Of a stretch of DNA of 64,000 nt, positions 19,883 to 30,213 are shown piece by piece. This DNA is from Desulfatiglandales bacterium (GTDB lineage: Bacteria; Desulfobacterota; DSM-4660; Desulfatiglandales; Desulfatiglandaceae). The notes beneath the pieces are model-generated. The model saw only the letters and a list, made by a program, of their open reading frames with translations. It did no database searches and was not told the origin of the DNA. Every line of letters begins with the position of its first letter. Position 1 is the first letter of the stretch. The stretch covers positions 2,368,001 through 2,432,000 of the forward strand of contig OY762721.1 of the NCBI GenBank assembly GCA_963666345.1, given 5' to 3'. The position numbers were made by a program, and so were the translations under genes.

Positions 19883-21073
19883 TTATAGGGACCCGGTCAT
19901 TTGTCCCGTGATTTTTTCAACATATTCGCAAACCTTGCGTTTGATACTGCTGACTTCTTCTTCCTGAAGGCCCAGGAATTCCAAAGTCCTTTCCTGAACC
20001 TGACATCGCATGCTGTCCACACCTGCTCCCATGTCGCTTTGTACAGCCAGAAAATCCGCCATATGAACTATATGGGCCAGATCATTATCCTGTGACATGG
20101 AAGGATTATGATGGTATCTTACGGCGGAAGTTAGAATTTCAGGGATACCCCAATTATTACATGCTTCATACCCGATTTCAGAATGATCCAACCCCAGGAG
20201 CTGTTGTTCCACTTCGCATAGCGTCTTTTTGTGATCCATCTTCAACCGGTCAAATTCTTCCCTCCTTTTAAGGACATGATCATCAAGCATGATTTTACCT
20301 GCGTCATGTATGAGTCCGGCCATAAAGGCGATATTAACCAGCTCAGGTCCTTTTATGTTGGCTATAAGCCTTGAGCCGATGCCCACGGCCAAAGAGTGCC
20401 GCCATATGTCTTCCGATTTTGCCCCGTATCCCTTCAGTTCTTTGCTCAAAAGATTGGAAGTGCCTGCCATCATGACGATTTCGCCCAATGTTTTGCCGCC
20501 GAGCAAGACGGAGGCATGTCCTATTGATGTTACCTTCCCTGCCAGACCGAAGTACGATGAGTTGGCCATTTTCAGTATCCTGACTGATATGGCCGGATCG
20601 GTTGCGATTACGCTCGCAAGCTCTTTGATGCTTGAATCGGGATCAGACATGATCTCCTGGGCCTTCAGGACGACCTGAGGCATGGGAGGCAAGACACCCA
20701 TCAATCCGCTTATAATCTTCTTTTTTAGGGCCTTACCCTCCTGCTCAAGGTCTGATCGGGGATTCGGATTCAACGCTTCTTCAGCCCCGTTATCTTTTGA
20801 TTTCGGGGACGCTCCCGAGAAGGTTTCTGCGACGGATTTCGATCGAAGGTCAAGCTTGATGGTTCCCTTGCAGTGCTTACAGGGAAAACTGACCTTCCTG
20901 TTGAGCGGAAGTTTTGCGCGGTGGATATTATAAAAATGCCCGCAATTGGGACATGCGATCTTTATACTGCCTTCTCTTTTTTCATTAATGTTATTTTCCA
21001 CTACTGCCACGGGATCACCCTCGTATACAATTTTTATATCGGGCAAAGGCACATCTTGTGTTTTTGCCCGCAT
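19883..21073 (-). CDS. HDOD domain protein with N-terminal zinc ribbon
   Basis: CPNC..CKHC; LPPMPQVV, DPA.S.RILK.ANS, W.HS, AGLIHD.GK, HHNP. Confidence 0.92.
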   Translation of the reverse strand: MRAKTQDVPLPDIKIVYEGDPVAVVENNINEKREGSIKIACPNCGHFYNIHRAKLPLNRKVSFPCKHCKGTIKLDLRSKSVAETFSGASPKSKDNGAEEALNPNPRSDLEQEGKALKKKIISGLMGVLPPMPQVVLKAQEIMSDPDSSIKELASVIATDPAISVRILKMANSSYFGLAGKVTSIGHASVLLGGKTLGEIVMMAGTSNLLSKELKGYGAKSEDIWRHSLAVGIGSRLIANIKGPELVNIAFMAGLIHDAGKIMLDDHVLKRREEFDRLKMDHKKTLCEVEQQLLGLDHSEIGYEACNNWGIPEILTSAVRYHHNPSMSQDNDLAHIVHMADFLAVQSDMGAGVDSMRCQVQERTLEFLGLQEEEVSSIKRKVCEYVEKITGQMTGSL

Positions 21074-21261
21074 AGCTTGCGGTAACTCCTTTATGCTTGT
21101 GGAATAATACTTTCAGTTAAATTCCCGGTTCCTGCGTTTTGATTCACGGCTTCGCCTTTTTCCCCCTATAATCGGCCTTATCCTGCCCCCTCTATTTCAC
21201 GCTGAAGAAGGTGCTTCCAGAAGGCGAGGAGCCAGCCTGTAAAAAACCCCATACGATTAAG

Positions 21262-21289
21262 TTATCGCCAAACAAGTTAAAAAACTTGA
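21262..21289 (-). promoter_or_regulatory. Putative sigma28 promoter of the HDOD gene
   Basis: Minus strand TCAAGTTT-N12-GGCGATAA, same spacing as the flgN promoter. Confidence 0.6.
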
Positions 21290-21446
21290 GCCGGAAAATG
21301 AAATTTTCCGGTTTTGAACCTTTTAATTCTCTGCTACTTGAGCCGACGAGAACAAACGTTGGTTATCCCAACGCGTCCTTGGCCTTTTGATCCTTTGAGA
21401 AAGTAATAGAGTTACAAAAGGAATGGTAACGGTGGATCTTTTTAAG

Positions 21447-21523
<77 letters not shown>

Positions 21524-21594
21524 TCATGATAGGAAAGTGTACCATATATTAGCTTGCAGTGTAAAATCAAGCCTATTTTGACCTTTCTAAGGGC

Positions 21595-21623
21595 TTGACC
21601 GTAAATCGCATTTGACCTATAAT
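21595..21623 (+). promoter_or_regulatory. sigma70 promoter
   Basis: TTGACC-N17-TATAAT upstream of the 21703 ORF. Confidence 0.7.
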
Positions 21624-21702
21624 CAGCACCCTTATAAATGAGGCATGGGTTTTTATGGCTGTGCCCGTTTTTTGAGGTTAATGTCGATGCAGGAGGCCTT
21701 AA

Positions 21703-21942
21703 GTGGATCTAGCAAGAAAAATAAGCATTGGAATCGTAATGATAATACCCTCTTTTGTTTTCAGCGCGATGTTCTGGGCATGGTTTGAATCATGGTTTGC
21801 GGTGCTTATCATGCTGCTGATAATGGCTGGGCTCTATTATACAATCATCACCGGCAGGGCGGAACCGGTCTTCCGTCAGATTGTGGGCAGGGCTGTTTCA
21901 GATTTTTCAAGCCTCCCGGGCAGGCGCGGCAACAGGGCCTGA
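21703..21942 (+). CDS. Small two-TM membrane protein
   Basis: AGGAGG RBS, promoter upstream, two hydrophobic segments. Confidence 0.75.
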   Translation: MDLARKISIGIVMIIPSFVFSAMFWAWFESWFAVLIMLLIMAGLYYTIITGRAEPVFRQIVGRAVSDFSSLPGRRGNRA

Positions 21943-21971
21943 GTGTAAAGGCCTGCATAGGATAGAAACGA

Positions 21972-22006
21972 AAAAGGGGATCAACCCAGAGGGTTGATCC
22001 CCTTTT
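21972..22006. terminator. Bidirectional intrinsic terminator
   Basis: AAAAGGGGATCAACCC-AGA-GGGTTGATCCCCTTTT perfect inverted repeat between convergent genes. Confidence 0.9.
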
Positions 22007-22033
22007 CATTGCTTTCGGGGGGTGATTGCCCTG

Positions 22034-22942
22034 CTATGCTATTCCGAGGCTGAACTTGAGTGATTTAAGGGTATTTTTCATGAGCATCGTAATGGTCATG
22101 GGACCCACACCGCCCGGAACCGGAGTAATGTAGCCTGCTATCTCCTTTGCCGCGTCAAAGTCGACGTCTCCCCTTAAGATGGCAATCTTTTTGCCTGTTT
22201 TTTCACTGATCTTCTCACCGACCCTGTTTACTCCCACATCTATCACGCAGGCCCCCGGTTTTATCCATTCGGGCTTTACCAAGCCCGGCACACCGGCTGC
22301 CACGATCAGGATGTCGGCCCTTTTGCAGTGAAATGCCATGTCCTTGGTACGGGTGTGAACGATGGTTACAGTTGAATTTGCGCCGTCAGCCTTCTGGAGC
22401 ATTATATTCGCGATAGGCTTTCCCACTATGTTGGACCGGCCTACTACCACCACTTCGGCACCGTTTGTCTCGACACCGGCGCGGACTATCATTTCCTGGA
22501 TACCTGCGGGTGTGCAGGGGGGGAATTTTACCTCGGATCCCCCTATCATGAGTCGGCCGACATTTACCGGATGAAACCCGTCCACATCCTTATCAGGATC
22601 TATGGCGTTCAGGATCTTTTTTTCATCGATATGTTTCGGAATGGGAAGTTGAACGAGTATGCCGTTGATGGAGTCGTCATTATTATACTTGTCGATGAGC
22701 GCGAGCAGGGCCTCCTCGGTAATGGTGTCAGGCTGGTTATCCTGGATTTCTTTGAACCCCAGACGGTTGGCTGTCTTGATCTTAAGCGTTACATATGAAA
22801 TAGAGGCTGGGTTTTCTCCCACAAGGATCGTCACAAGGCCCGGCACCACCCCATGCTTTTCCTTGATATCTTTTACCTCCTGTTCGATTTCATTAAGGAT
22901 TTCCTCACGAATTTCAGTGCCTTTTATAAGTTTTGCTGTCAT
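22034..22942 (-). CDS. folD: Methylene-THF dehydrogenase/cyclohydrolase FolD
   Basis: GILVQLP, KDVDGFHP.NVG, PCTPAG, GRSNIVGKP, TPVPGGVGPMTI. Confidence 0.97.
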   Translation of the reverse strand: MTAKLIKGTEIREEILNEIEQEVKDIKEKHGVVPGLVTILVGENPASISYVTLKIKTANRLGFKEIQDNQPDTITEEALLALIDKYNNDDSINGILVQLPIPKHIDEKKILNAIDPDKDVDGFHPVNVGRLMIGGSEVKFPPCTPAGIQEMIVRAGVETNGAEVVVVGRSNIVGKPIANIMLQKADGANSTVTIVHTRTKDMAFHCKRADILIVAAGVPGLVKPEWIKPGACVIDVGVNRVGEKISEKTGKKIAILRGDVDFDAAKEIAGYITPVPGGVGPMTITMLMKNTLKSLKFSLGIA

Positions 22943-23281
22943 TTTGCATCTCCTTTCATGAAATTTATGCTAATAGATTCCAGAGCAGCCGAAATTAAAA
23001 TAACGATTCCATGGAGGTCTTCATTACCATAGTTCCGATTTTATATCAAAGCCTTATTTTGAACGGAAAGAAGCATCAATTTCAACGATCATCAGGACAA
23101 TAGATTCGGGCATTCAACCCAACGGGTAATCCCTTTTTTTCAGATTCATGCCTAAGCAACAGGCAGTCAGGTACCACGAAAAACAGACACTCAGGCTGAA
23201 GAAAGATTAATGGGCCGAGGATTCCATTACTTTTACTTTATTCATTTCAGGCCGAATAAATTTCGGTCCTTACGGTCTAGG

Positions 23282-23923
23282 TCATTTACCGGGACTTTTC
23301 CTCGTCCATAAGTTTTTTATGAACCTGATCAGAATGAACAGGAAAAGGATAAAGGTTGCAACCGCCAGTATCGAAAGGTTGTAGCGAACCATTAACCCGG
23401 CTGTTTCTTCCTTTATTATATCCCAGTTATTTCCCAGGGAATAACCGAGGTAAATCCAGATCAGGTTCCATATGGATGCGCTCAACAGGGCAAGTAAGAG
23501 GGAGGCGAACCCATTAAGCCCTGAAAAACCGCCTGATATGGATATTACCGATCTTATCCCCGGTAAAAATCTGTTGAGCAGTATAAGTAGGTACCCGAAT
23601 TTTTTGAACCACTCCTCCGCCCTTGTTATGTCACTTGCCTTGAAAATCCAGAAATCTCTTTCAATGAAAAATCGTCTGCCTATGATTCTGCCCAACCAGA
23701 AAAGGGTCATGAAGCCCGCAATGCTTCCCAGGGTTGTGGAAAGATACACCCCTGTAAAGCTGAGCCTTTTTGTCCCTACCAGAAAAGCCCCGAAGGCGGT
23801 AATAGTATCTCCGGGAACGGGTGGAAACACGTTTTCCACAAAGGCGCTTACCCCCAAAAAGATATAAATCAGGGGCTCCGGAAGGGTATTGATTAAATGA
23901 AGGAGATTATCAATCGCATTCAT
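23282..23923 (-). CDS. DedA family membrane protein
   Basis: EN.FPP.PGD, F.K.G.....RF.PG.R motif. Confidence 0.92.
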   Translation of the reverse strand: MNAIDNLLHLINTLPEPLIYIFLGVSAFVENVFPPVPGDTITAFGAFLVGTKRLSFTGVYLSTTLGSIAGFMTLFWLGRIIGRRFFIERDFWIFKASDITRAEEWFKKFGYLLILLNRFLPGIRSVISISGGFSGLNGFASLLLALLSASIWNLIWIYLGYSLGNNWDIIKEETAGLMVRYNLSILAVATFILFLFILIRFIKNLWTRKSPGK

Positions 23924-24181
23924 CTGTTATCCAGGGAACCGGTTGTTTGCAGTTCAGACTGCAAAGGGCGATATAAACAGGCTAACTCATCCTTTTTGGT
24001 AAAATTATCAAGGTTCCATTTGAAAACGCAAGGAGTCTTTTTACCTTGACTCGACAGGGCTCTTTTGCTAACAGGTCCAAAGTAGCTTGAAATACTCTGA
24101 TACCCCCGGCCATGTGCGGATCAATTTGCAATTTAGATGCACATAGGCCTTTTGGGGGCAATTAATATCTGCGGGGAAAAA

Positions 24182-24859
24182 ATGGCAAAAAAGGTATCCA
24201 GGAAAGAGCTTCTCAAATCGCCTGACGAGTTTATCACACTGTCCGAGCGTATTGTAAATTTCGCAAAAGAGAATCAGCGCCTTCTCCAGCTTTGCGGTCT
24301 GGTGATAGCGGCTGTTTTTGTCCTATATCTGGCGGTAAATGGATACTTCAGTCATATCAACAACAAAGGTCAGCATCTCTATAACCAGGCCTATAATGCC
24401 CTTTCTCAGGAATTTGATCCTGGTGCGGAAAGCAAGAGCCTTGAAAATGCGGAAAAATTCTTTACCCGGGTCATCGATGAATACGGTATGTCAAAGGCTG
24501 CGAGGCTTGCCCTTCCCCAGCTTGCGTATATAAAATTCAGAAACGGAAAATACGACGAGGCGATAGGACTTTATAAGAAATTTATGAAGAAGGCTTCAGG
24601 GCACAGGGAATACGAAGCCATGACCTCTATTGCCATTGCCGCCTGCTATGAATCGAAAAACGACATTGATGAGGCCATAGGTGTAATTGAAGGCGTATCA
24701 TCAGATCAGGAGGGTCCTTTCAGGGAGATCGCAATGTTCAACCTGAGCCGCCTGTATAGGCTTGGTAACAGTCCTGAAAAGGAGAAAGAGGCCCTCAAGC
24801 AGTTTATTGAAGAATTCAGCGGTTCACCTTTTGCCCAAATGGCAAAGGCCCGTCTATAA
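24182..24859 (+). CDS. TPR protein, YfgM-like
   Basis: RKELLK.PDEF N-terminus, one TM, TPR-like helices; start moved to ATG 24182. Confidence 0.8.
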   Translation: MAKKVSRKELLKSPDEFITLSERIVNFAKENQRLLQLCGLVIAAVFVLYLAVNGYFSHINNKGQHLYNQAYNALSQEFDPGAESKSLENAEKFFTRVIDEYGMSKAARLALPQLAYIKFRNGKYDEAIGLYKKFMKKASGHREYEAMTSIAIAACYESKNDIDEAIGVIEGVSSDQEGPFREIAMFNLSRLYRLGNSPEKEKEALKQFIEEFSGSPFAQMAKARL

Positions 24860-25186
24860 AAGATTCTCCGGTTCAGTCCGGGTGATTCTTTTGCCAGGTC
24901 CTTAATGAGGCCCTTGTCTCTATAAGGTTTCCCCGGGTAATCTCACGATTAATTGTGATTGCTTGAGGATTGGCCCCTTTTCTCCGGCCGGACTCGAGAA
25001 AACCTCACTTTTTGTCTTAATAAGACAGAATATCTCATTTTATTTCTTTATAAGAAACCAGGCATAGCAGGCTGTTGCCTTGCAGGGCTGAATCGATACT
25101 CGATCCTCCGGCCCGGGATTCTTTGTTAATTACTCCATTTTTCATTCAAGTGAATGATCCTTTTGAAAAAAGAGCGGTCATTTGTC

Positions 25187-25215
25187 TTGACACGGAATTG
25201 CTTCTCTTTTATAGT
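25187..25215 (+). promoter_or_regulatory. sigma70 promoter of acyl-CoA ligase-iorAB operon
   Basis: TTGACA-N17-TATAGT. Confidence 0.75.
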
Positions 25216-25255
25216 TATTTTATAGCTAAAATATAGCTTCATACAGGAGGGGGCC

Positions 25256-26821
25256 ATGGTCATAACCGAGATTTTGGCAAGAAATGCCAGGATGTATGGA
25301 GAGGAAATCGCCCTTATCGAGAGAGACCCGCTAAACGGGAAAAGGGTTGAGATTACCTGGAATGATTTTGACTGTATGGCTAACAGGGTGGCGGATGCGC
25401 TGCTCAAGAAAGGCATCAGGAAGGGTGACAAGGTTATTCATCTTATGATGAACTGCCTTGAGTGGCTTCCGACATACTTCGGAATACTGAAAACCGGTGC
25501 CTGGGCCGTACCCCTTAACTTTCGATTCACCTCCGGGGACATTCGTTACTGCGCGGAGATTGCGGAAGCCAAGGCAATGATTTTCAGTCAGGAGTTTATC
25601 GGCAGAATTAATGAGATAAAGGATGACCTTGATACGATAAAAGACTTTATATATCTTGGAGAAGAGGACCTTAAGCCGGAATATGCTCAAATCTTTGATG
25701 CCTTTATCGATGATTGTTCCGAAGAGGCCCCGGCCATTGAAATAGAGCTTTTTGATGAGGCCGGCCTCTATTTCACCTCAGGAACCACAGGAACTCCTAA
25801 GCCGATTCTTCTGACCCACAGAAATCTGGAATTCGCCTGCTATATCGAAAACAGACACCACAACCAGACCCATGAGGATAACTTCGTATGCATTCCTCCT
25901 CTCTACCACACGGGCGCCAAGATGCACTGGTTCGGGAACTTTATCGTGGGGGCCAGGGCGGTAATACTAAAGGGGGTCAAGCCGAAATGGATACTGGAGG
26001 CAATTTCGGAAGAAAAGGCTACGATCGTATGGCTGCTGGTGCCATGGGCTCAGGATATACTGGTGGCTATTGAAAACGGGGAAGTAAATCTTGACGATTA
26101 CGCGCTCGATCAGTGGAGACTTATGCACATAGGGGCCCAGCCGGTCCCGCCCAGCCTTGTAAAGAACTGGATGAAGGTCTTTCCCGGTCATGACTATGAC
26201 ACTAACTACGGGTTGAGTGAAACAACCGGACCGGGCTGCGTTCATCTGGGAATGGAAAACCTCAACAAGGTGGGCGCCATCGGAGTTCCCGGTTTTGACT
26301 GGGAGTACAGGATCGTTGACAATGACAGGAAGGATGTGGCAAGGGGCGGATCAGGCGAGCTTATGGTAAAGGGTCCGGGGACAATGAAGGAATATTATAA
26401 GAACCCAGAGGCGACAAAAGACACGATTGTCGACGGATGGCTTCTCACCGGGGACATTGCCAGGGCGGACGAGGATGGATTCATATGGCTGGTTGACAGA
26501 AAAAAGGATGTCATAATATCGGGAGGAGAGAATATATTTCCTGTGGAGATAGAGGACTTCCTGATGTATAATGCCAAGATTCAGGATGCGGCGGTAATCG
26601 GAACACCGGATGAGCGGCTTGGTGAGATTGTAACTGCCATTGTGCAGCCAAAGAAGGGCCAGGAGATCTCAGAGGAGGAAATAATTGCATTCTGCGAAGA
26701 TATCCCCAGGTACAAACGGCCCAGGAAGGTCTATTTCGGGGATATCCCCAGGAATCCCACCGGTAAGATCGAAAAACCCAAGCTTAGAAAGATTTACGGA
26801 GGAAGGGCCCAAAGCATTTGA
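25256..26821 (+). CDS. Acyl-CoA synthetase (class I adenylate-forming enzyme)
   Basis: FTSGTTGTPK, YGLSET, TGD, RKKDVIISGGENI, P.NPTGKI.K. Confidence 0.94.
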   Translation: MVITEILARNARMYGEEIALIERDPLNGKRVEITWNDFDCMANRVADALLKKGIRKGDKVIHLMMNCLEWLPTYFGILKTGAWAVPLNFRFTSGDIRYCAEIAEAKAMIFSQEFIGRINEIKDDLDTIKDFIYLGEEDLKPEYAQIFDAFIDDCSEEAPAIEIELFDEAGLYFTSGTTGTPKPILLTHRNLEFACYIENRHHNQTHEDNFVCIPPLYHTGAKMHWFGNFIVGARAVILKGVKPKWILEAISEEKATIVWLLVPWAQDILVAIENGEVNLDDYALDQWRLMHIGAQPVPPSLVKNWMKVFPGHDYDTNYGLSETTGPGCVHLGMENLNKVGAIGVPGFDWEYRIVDNDRKDVARGGSGELMVKGPGTMKEYYKNPEATKDTIVDGWLLTGDIARADEDGFIWLVDRKKDVIISGGENIFPVEIEDFLMYNAKIQDAAVIGTPDERLGEIVTAIVQPKKGQEISEEEIIAFCEDIPRYKRPRKVYFGDIPRNPTGKIEKPKLRKIYGGRAQSI

Positions 26822-26879
26822 CCTGAACGTATCGGCCGGAAGATGCCGTCAAGACTAACCTCATAATAGGGAGAAAGAG

Positions 26880-28730
26880 ATGCATAAGCTTTTGACCGAT
26901 TCTCCTGGCAAGGAGATGCTCCTTTTAGGTAATGAGGCAATTGCCCGGGGCGCCCTGGAGGCGGGAGTAGCTTTTACCACATGCTATCCCGGAACGCCTT
27001 CCTCGGAAATTCCGGAACAGTTTTTCAAAATCAGTCAGGAGACCGATCTTTACTTCGAGTATTCCACCAATGAAAAGGTCGCTATGGAGGTGGGAGCGGC
27101 GGCTGCCATTTCCGGTCTCAGGACCATGGTAACCCTGAAGCATGTCGGGCTCAACGTGGCGGCGGATCCCCTTATGACCCTGGCGTACCTGGGGGTCAAG
27201 GGCGGCATGGTCATAGTTAACGCGGATGACCCGTTTCTTTTCTCCAGTCAGAACGAGCAGGATAACAGATACTATGCCCGACTCTCATCTCTTCCTATGC
27301 TGGAGCCTACCGGCACGCAGGAGATGAAGGACATCACCTGTTCCGCCTTTGAACTTTCGGAATCGCTTGAACTTCCCGTTATAATCCGTACCACCACGAG
27401 GCTCAACCACATAAGGGGTTCCGTAACGCTTGGTAAGCTGGGCAAGATGAAGACAAAGGATACCTTTCACAAGAACCCTTTCCATTTTGTTGCCGTTCCC
27501 GCCGTGTCCAGAAAACTTCACCAACAGCTCCTTGAAAAATATGACAAGGCGGAAGAATTATCCGAATCGTGGCAGGAAAACAGGATCGAGGGAAAAGGTA
27601 GATTCGGAATAGCGGCAAACGGGGTTAGTTATAATTATGTCAGGGATGCCGTAGCAGACCTCGGGCTTGCCGATCAGGTAAGTATCCTGAAGATAGGATT
27701 TTCCTGGCCTCTTCCCAAAAGACTATGTACCCGGTTTCTTGAAAATGTTGAAAAGGTCCTGGTTGTGGAGGAGCTGGAACCTGTTATGGAAAACGACATA
27801 CGCGCGATCGCACAGGAGGCGGGAATCAGTATCCCCATAAAAGGTAAAGGCATAGCAGGGCTTTCCCGTCTGTTCGAATATGATCCCGGCATGGTGAGGC
27901 GGGCGGTGGCCGAGTATTTTGAAATCGATTACAAGGAGGCCGAACCTCTGGATTTGTCCGATGTCCCGGAACTTCCCGGGAGGCCGCCGAATCTCTGCGC
28001 AGGCTGCCCCCACAGGGCCACATTCTACGCGGTAAAGGAGGTCTACGGACCTGATGCGATTAATCCCACGGACATAGGATGCTATACCCTCGGCCTGCTG
28101 CCGCCTATTTCAATGGCCGATCTTGTCATATGCATGGGTTCATCGGTTTCCTCCTCATGCGGGTTTTCGAAGGCTACGGATCAGAAGGTTGTTTCCTTTA
28201 TAGGAGATTCGACATTTTTCCATTCAGGTATAACGGGTCTGATAAACGCGGTTCACAATAACCACAAATTTACTCTCGTCATACTCGATAACGGCACTAC
28301 CGCCATGACAGGCCACCAACCCCATCCGGGAGTCGATACCGGGCCTATGGATGTGGATCTTACCCGTATTTCGATTGAGGAGCTGGTCAGGGGTTGCGGG
28401 GTAAAGGATATCCATATTGTAAAGCCCTTCAAGGTCAACAAGACAATCGAGGCTGTAAGAAAGTCAATGGACTATGACGGACTTTCCGTCATAATCTCTC
28501 AGGAGCTTTGCCCTCTTTTTGCCAGGGGTATCGGACAGTTGAAAAGATCGAGGCCCTTCTACGTGAATCATGATAAGTGCAGGAATCACAGGGATTGCAT
28601 AAACAAGCTGGCATGTCCTGCCATGTATCTGGATGGTGAAAGGGTCGAGATAAACGAGCTTCTCTGCATAGGCTGTTCGGTCTGCGCACAGGTTTGCCCT
28701 GAAAACGCGATCCTTCCTTTGAAAAAATAG
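26880..28730 (+). CDS. iorA: Indolepyruvate:ferredoxin oxidoreductase alpha subunit
   Basis: GNEAIARG, YPGTPS, NEKVA, KHVGLNVAADP, CAGCPHR, GDSTF.HSG, C-terminal ferredoxin. Confidence 0.95.
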   Translation: MHKLLTDSPGKEMLLLGNEAIARGALEAGVAFTTCYPGTPSSEIPEQFFKISQETDLYFEYSTNEKVAMEVGAAAAISGLRTMVTLKHVGLNVAADPLMTLAYLGVKGGMVIVNADDPFLFSSQNEQDNRYYARLSSLPMLEPTGTQEMKDITCSAFELSESLELPVIIRTTTRLNHIRGSVTLGKLGKMKTKDTFHKNPFHFVAVPAVSRKLHQQLLEKYDKAEELSESWQENRIEGKGRFGIAANGVSYNYVRDAVADLGLADQVSILKIGFSWPLPKRLCTRFLENVEKVLVVEELEPVMENDIRAIAQEAGISIPIKGKGIAGLSRLFEYDPGMVRRAVAEYFEIDYKEAEPLDLSDVPELPGRPPNLCAGCPHRATFYAVKEVYGPDAINPTDIGCYTLGLLPPISMADLVICMGSSVSSSCGFSKATDQKVVSFIGDSTFFHSGITGLINAVHNNHKFTLVILDNGTTAMTGHQPHPGVDTGPMDVDLTRISIEELVRGCGVKDIHIVKPFKVNKTIEAVRKSMDYDGLSVIISQELCPLFARGIGQLKRSRPFYVNHDKCRNHRDCINKLACPAMYLDGERVEINELLCIGCSVCAQVCPENAILPLKK

Positions 28731-28742
28731 ATGGAGGCTTCT

Positions 28743-29327
28743 ATGAAAACTTGGAGACTGGTATTTATCGGCGTGGGAGGTCAGGGTAATCTTCTTGCAT
28801 CGCGTCTTTTGGGTGAAGCCTCTCTGTCTTGCGGTATCCCGGCAGTGGTAAGCGAGATCCACGGCATGGCCCAGCGTGGCGGTATAGTGGAATCGGCCGT
28901 ACTCATGGGAGGTGTAACAAGCCCGATCGTTTCAAGCGGGGAGGCGGATGTCCTTGTAGGCTTTGAGCCTGTCGAGACGGTCAGGTCACTCGGCAAATGC
29001 AACAGGGACACGCTTATAATAACAAACACAAGACCTTTGCCTCCGTTTACCGTTTCCGTGGGTCAGGGTAAATATCCACCGGTTGATGAGCTTATGGCTC
29101 TTATCAGAAAAAGGACGGACAGGCTGATAATGCTGGATGGAAACCGGCTTGCCGAGGAGGCGGGAAACGCCCTTTCACTTAACATGGTAATGCTCGGAGC
29201 TCTGATAGGTTCAGGGGCCGTGCCCATAGAAGCGGGCAGTATGAAAAAGGTGATCTCGGACACCACAAAAAAGGTATTTCTCGAATCAAACCTGAAGGCC
29301 TTTGATCTGGGAATGCAGAACGCCTGA
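28743..29327 (+). CDS. iorB: Indolepyruvate:ferredoxin oxidoreductase beta subunit
   Basis: GVGGQG, SEIHGMAQRGG, NMVMLG, NLKAF. Confidence 0.95.
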   Translation: MKTWRLVFIGVGGQGNLLASRLLGEASLSCGIPAVVSEIHGMAQRGGIVESAVLMGGVTSPIVSSGEADVLVGFEPVETVRSLGKCNRDTLIITNTRPLPPFTVSVGQGKYPPVDELMALIRKRTDRLIMLDGNRLAEEAGNALSLNMVMLGALIGSGAVPIEAGSMKKVISDTTKKVFLESNLKAFDLGMQNA

Positions 29328-29403
29328 TTCATGCCGGTCTCTGTTTCAGTATCTTTGGTCCTGAAGGCACCCGGAATCCACCTACACACCCTTGCCGTAC
29401 ATT

Positions 29404-30060
29404 TCAGATTTTCCGGTAAAGGGCCAGTATGCCTTCCAGGGGACTGAGTTTTTCAATGAGTCTGAGTCCCTTATATCGGGGCATTATCCTGTCCAGGCCG
29501 TAAACCATGAATATGGCGCCCCTTTTCGCCTTTTTCAACACGAGCCTGGAGAATTCCTCATGCATGATAAGGTAGGTGTAAAAGAGATCAAAATCGCTCA
29601 GATCAAAATCCGCTGAATCGCGGATCGCCATGTGGGTTTGGCTGTCCAGGGCATCTCCCGGAAAAAGGAATATGTTTTCAGGTGGAACCTTGAGTTTATG
29701 AGCTTTCAGTGCCTCCTCAAGCTCCTGTTTCAGCGGTTCGTATTCCTCCAGGGTCAATTCGTCCATCTCGATGCCTGCCGAGATTTTAACCAGGTAACTC
29801 ATAAATACATTGACCCTGCCGTCGGCACATCCCAGGTCGAGAAATGATGATTCCCCCGGTCTCAAAAGCCCCTCATCCATCATAACGGCAATGCAGTTCC
29901 CAAGAGTGGCAATGTCGGTGGATCTCCTGAAACCCAAAGGGCCCACATCTCCCACCTTTCTTCCGTCGTAAAAACTTGCGACTTTGTCGAGGGTCTTTTG
30001 AGTGGTCCTGTCAGCAGCCGTATCTGTCATGCGAGTAGCCCTGATCCACCAAGATGTCAT
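29404..30060 (-). CDS. Class I SAM-dependent methyltransferase
   Basis: FLDLGCADGR motif I, GIE motif II; start may be 30030. Confidence 0.8.
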   Translation of the reverse strand: MTSWWIRATRMTDTAADRTTQKTLDKVASFYDGRKVGDVGPLGFRRSTDIATLGNCIAVMMDEGLLRPGESSFLDLGCADGRVNVFMSYLVKISAGIEMDELTLEEYEPLKQELEEALKAHKLKVPPENIFLFPGDALDSQTHMAIRDSADFDLSDFDLFYTYLIMHEEFSRLVLKKAKRGAIFMVYGLDRIMPRYKGLRLIEKLSPLEGILALYRKI

Positions 30061-30213
30061 CTGATGCGTAAAACGTAGTACGCCTCATTTGTTTTTTTCC
30101 CTTGCCTTCAAAAGAGCCCCCGCGCCTTCGTTCGTGCGAATCCATGCCGTATAAATTAATGATTACGCTGCGGCGCTGGCACTTTTTCTTCGCTTCGCTC
30201 AGTCCCACTGCTC
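30060..30213. mobile_element. Degenerate MITE/REP-like remnant
   Basis: GCGTA..GTACGCCTCA core (reverse complement related to GAGGCGT..CCGCA in the 45.9 and 46.7 kb elements) and a partial GCTCAGTCCCACTGCT repeat. Confidence 0.5.

Noticed and set aside
22943..23281. ZTP or THF riboswitch upstream of folD
   Set aside because: Could not match the conserved aptamer nucleotides by eye; an Rfam scan would settle it
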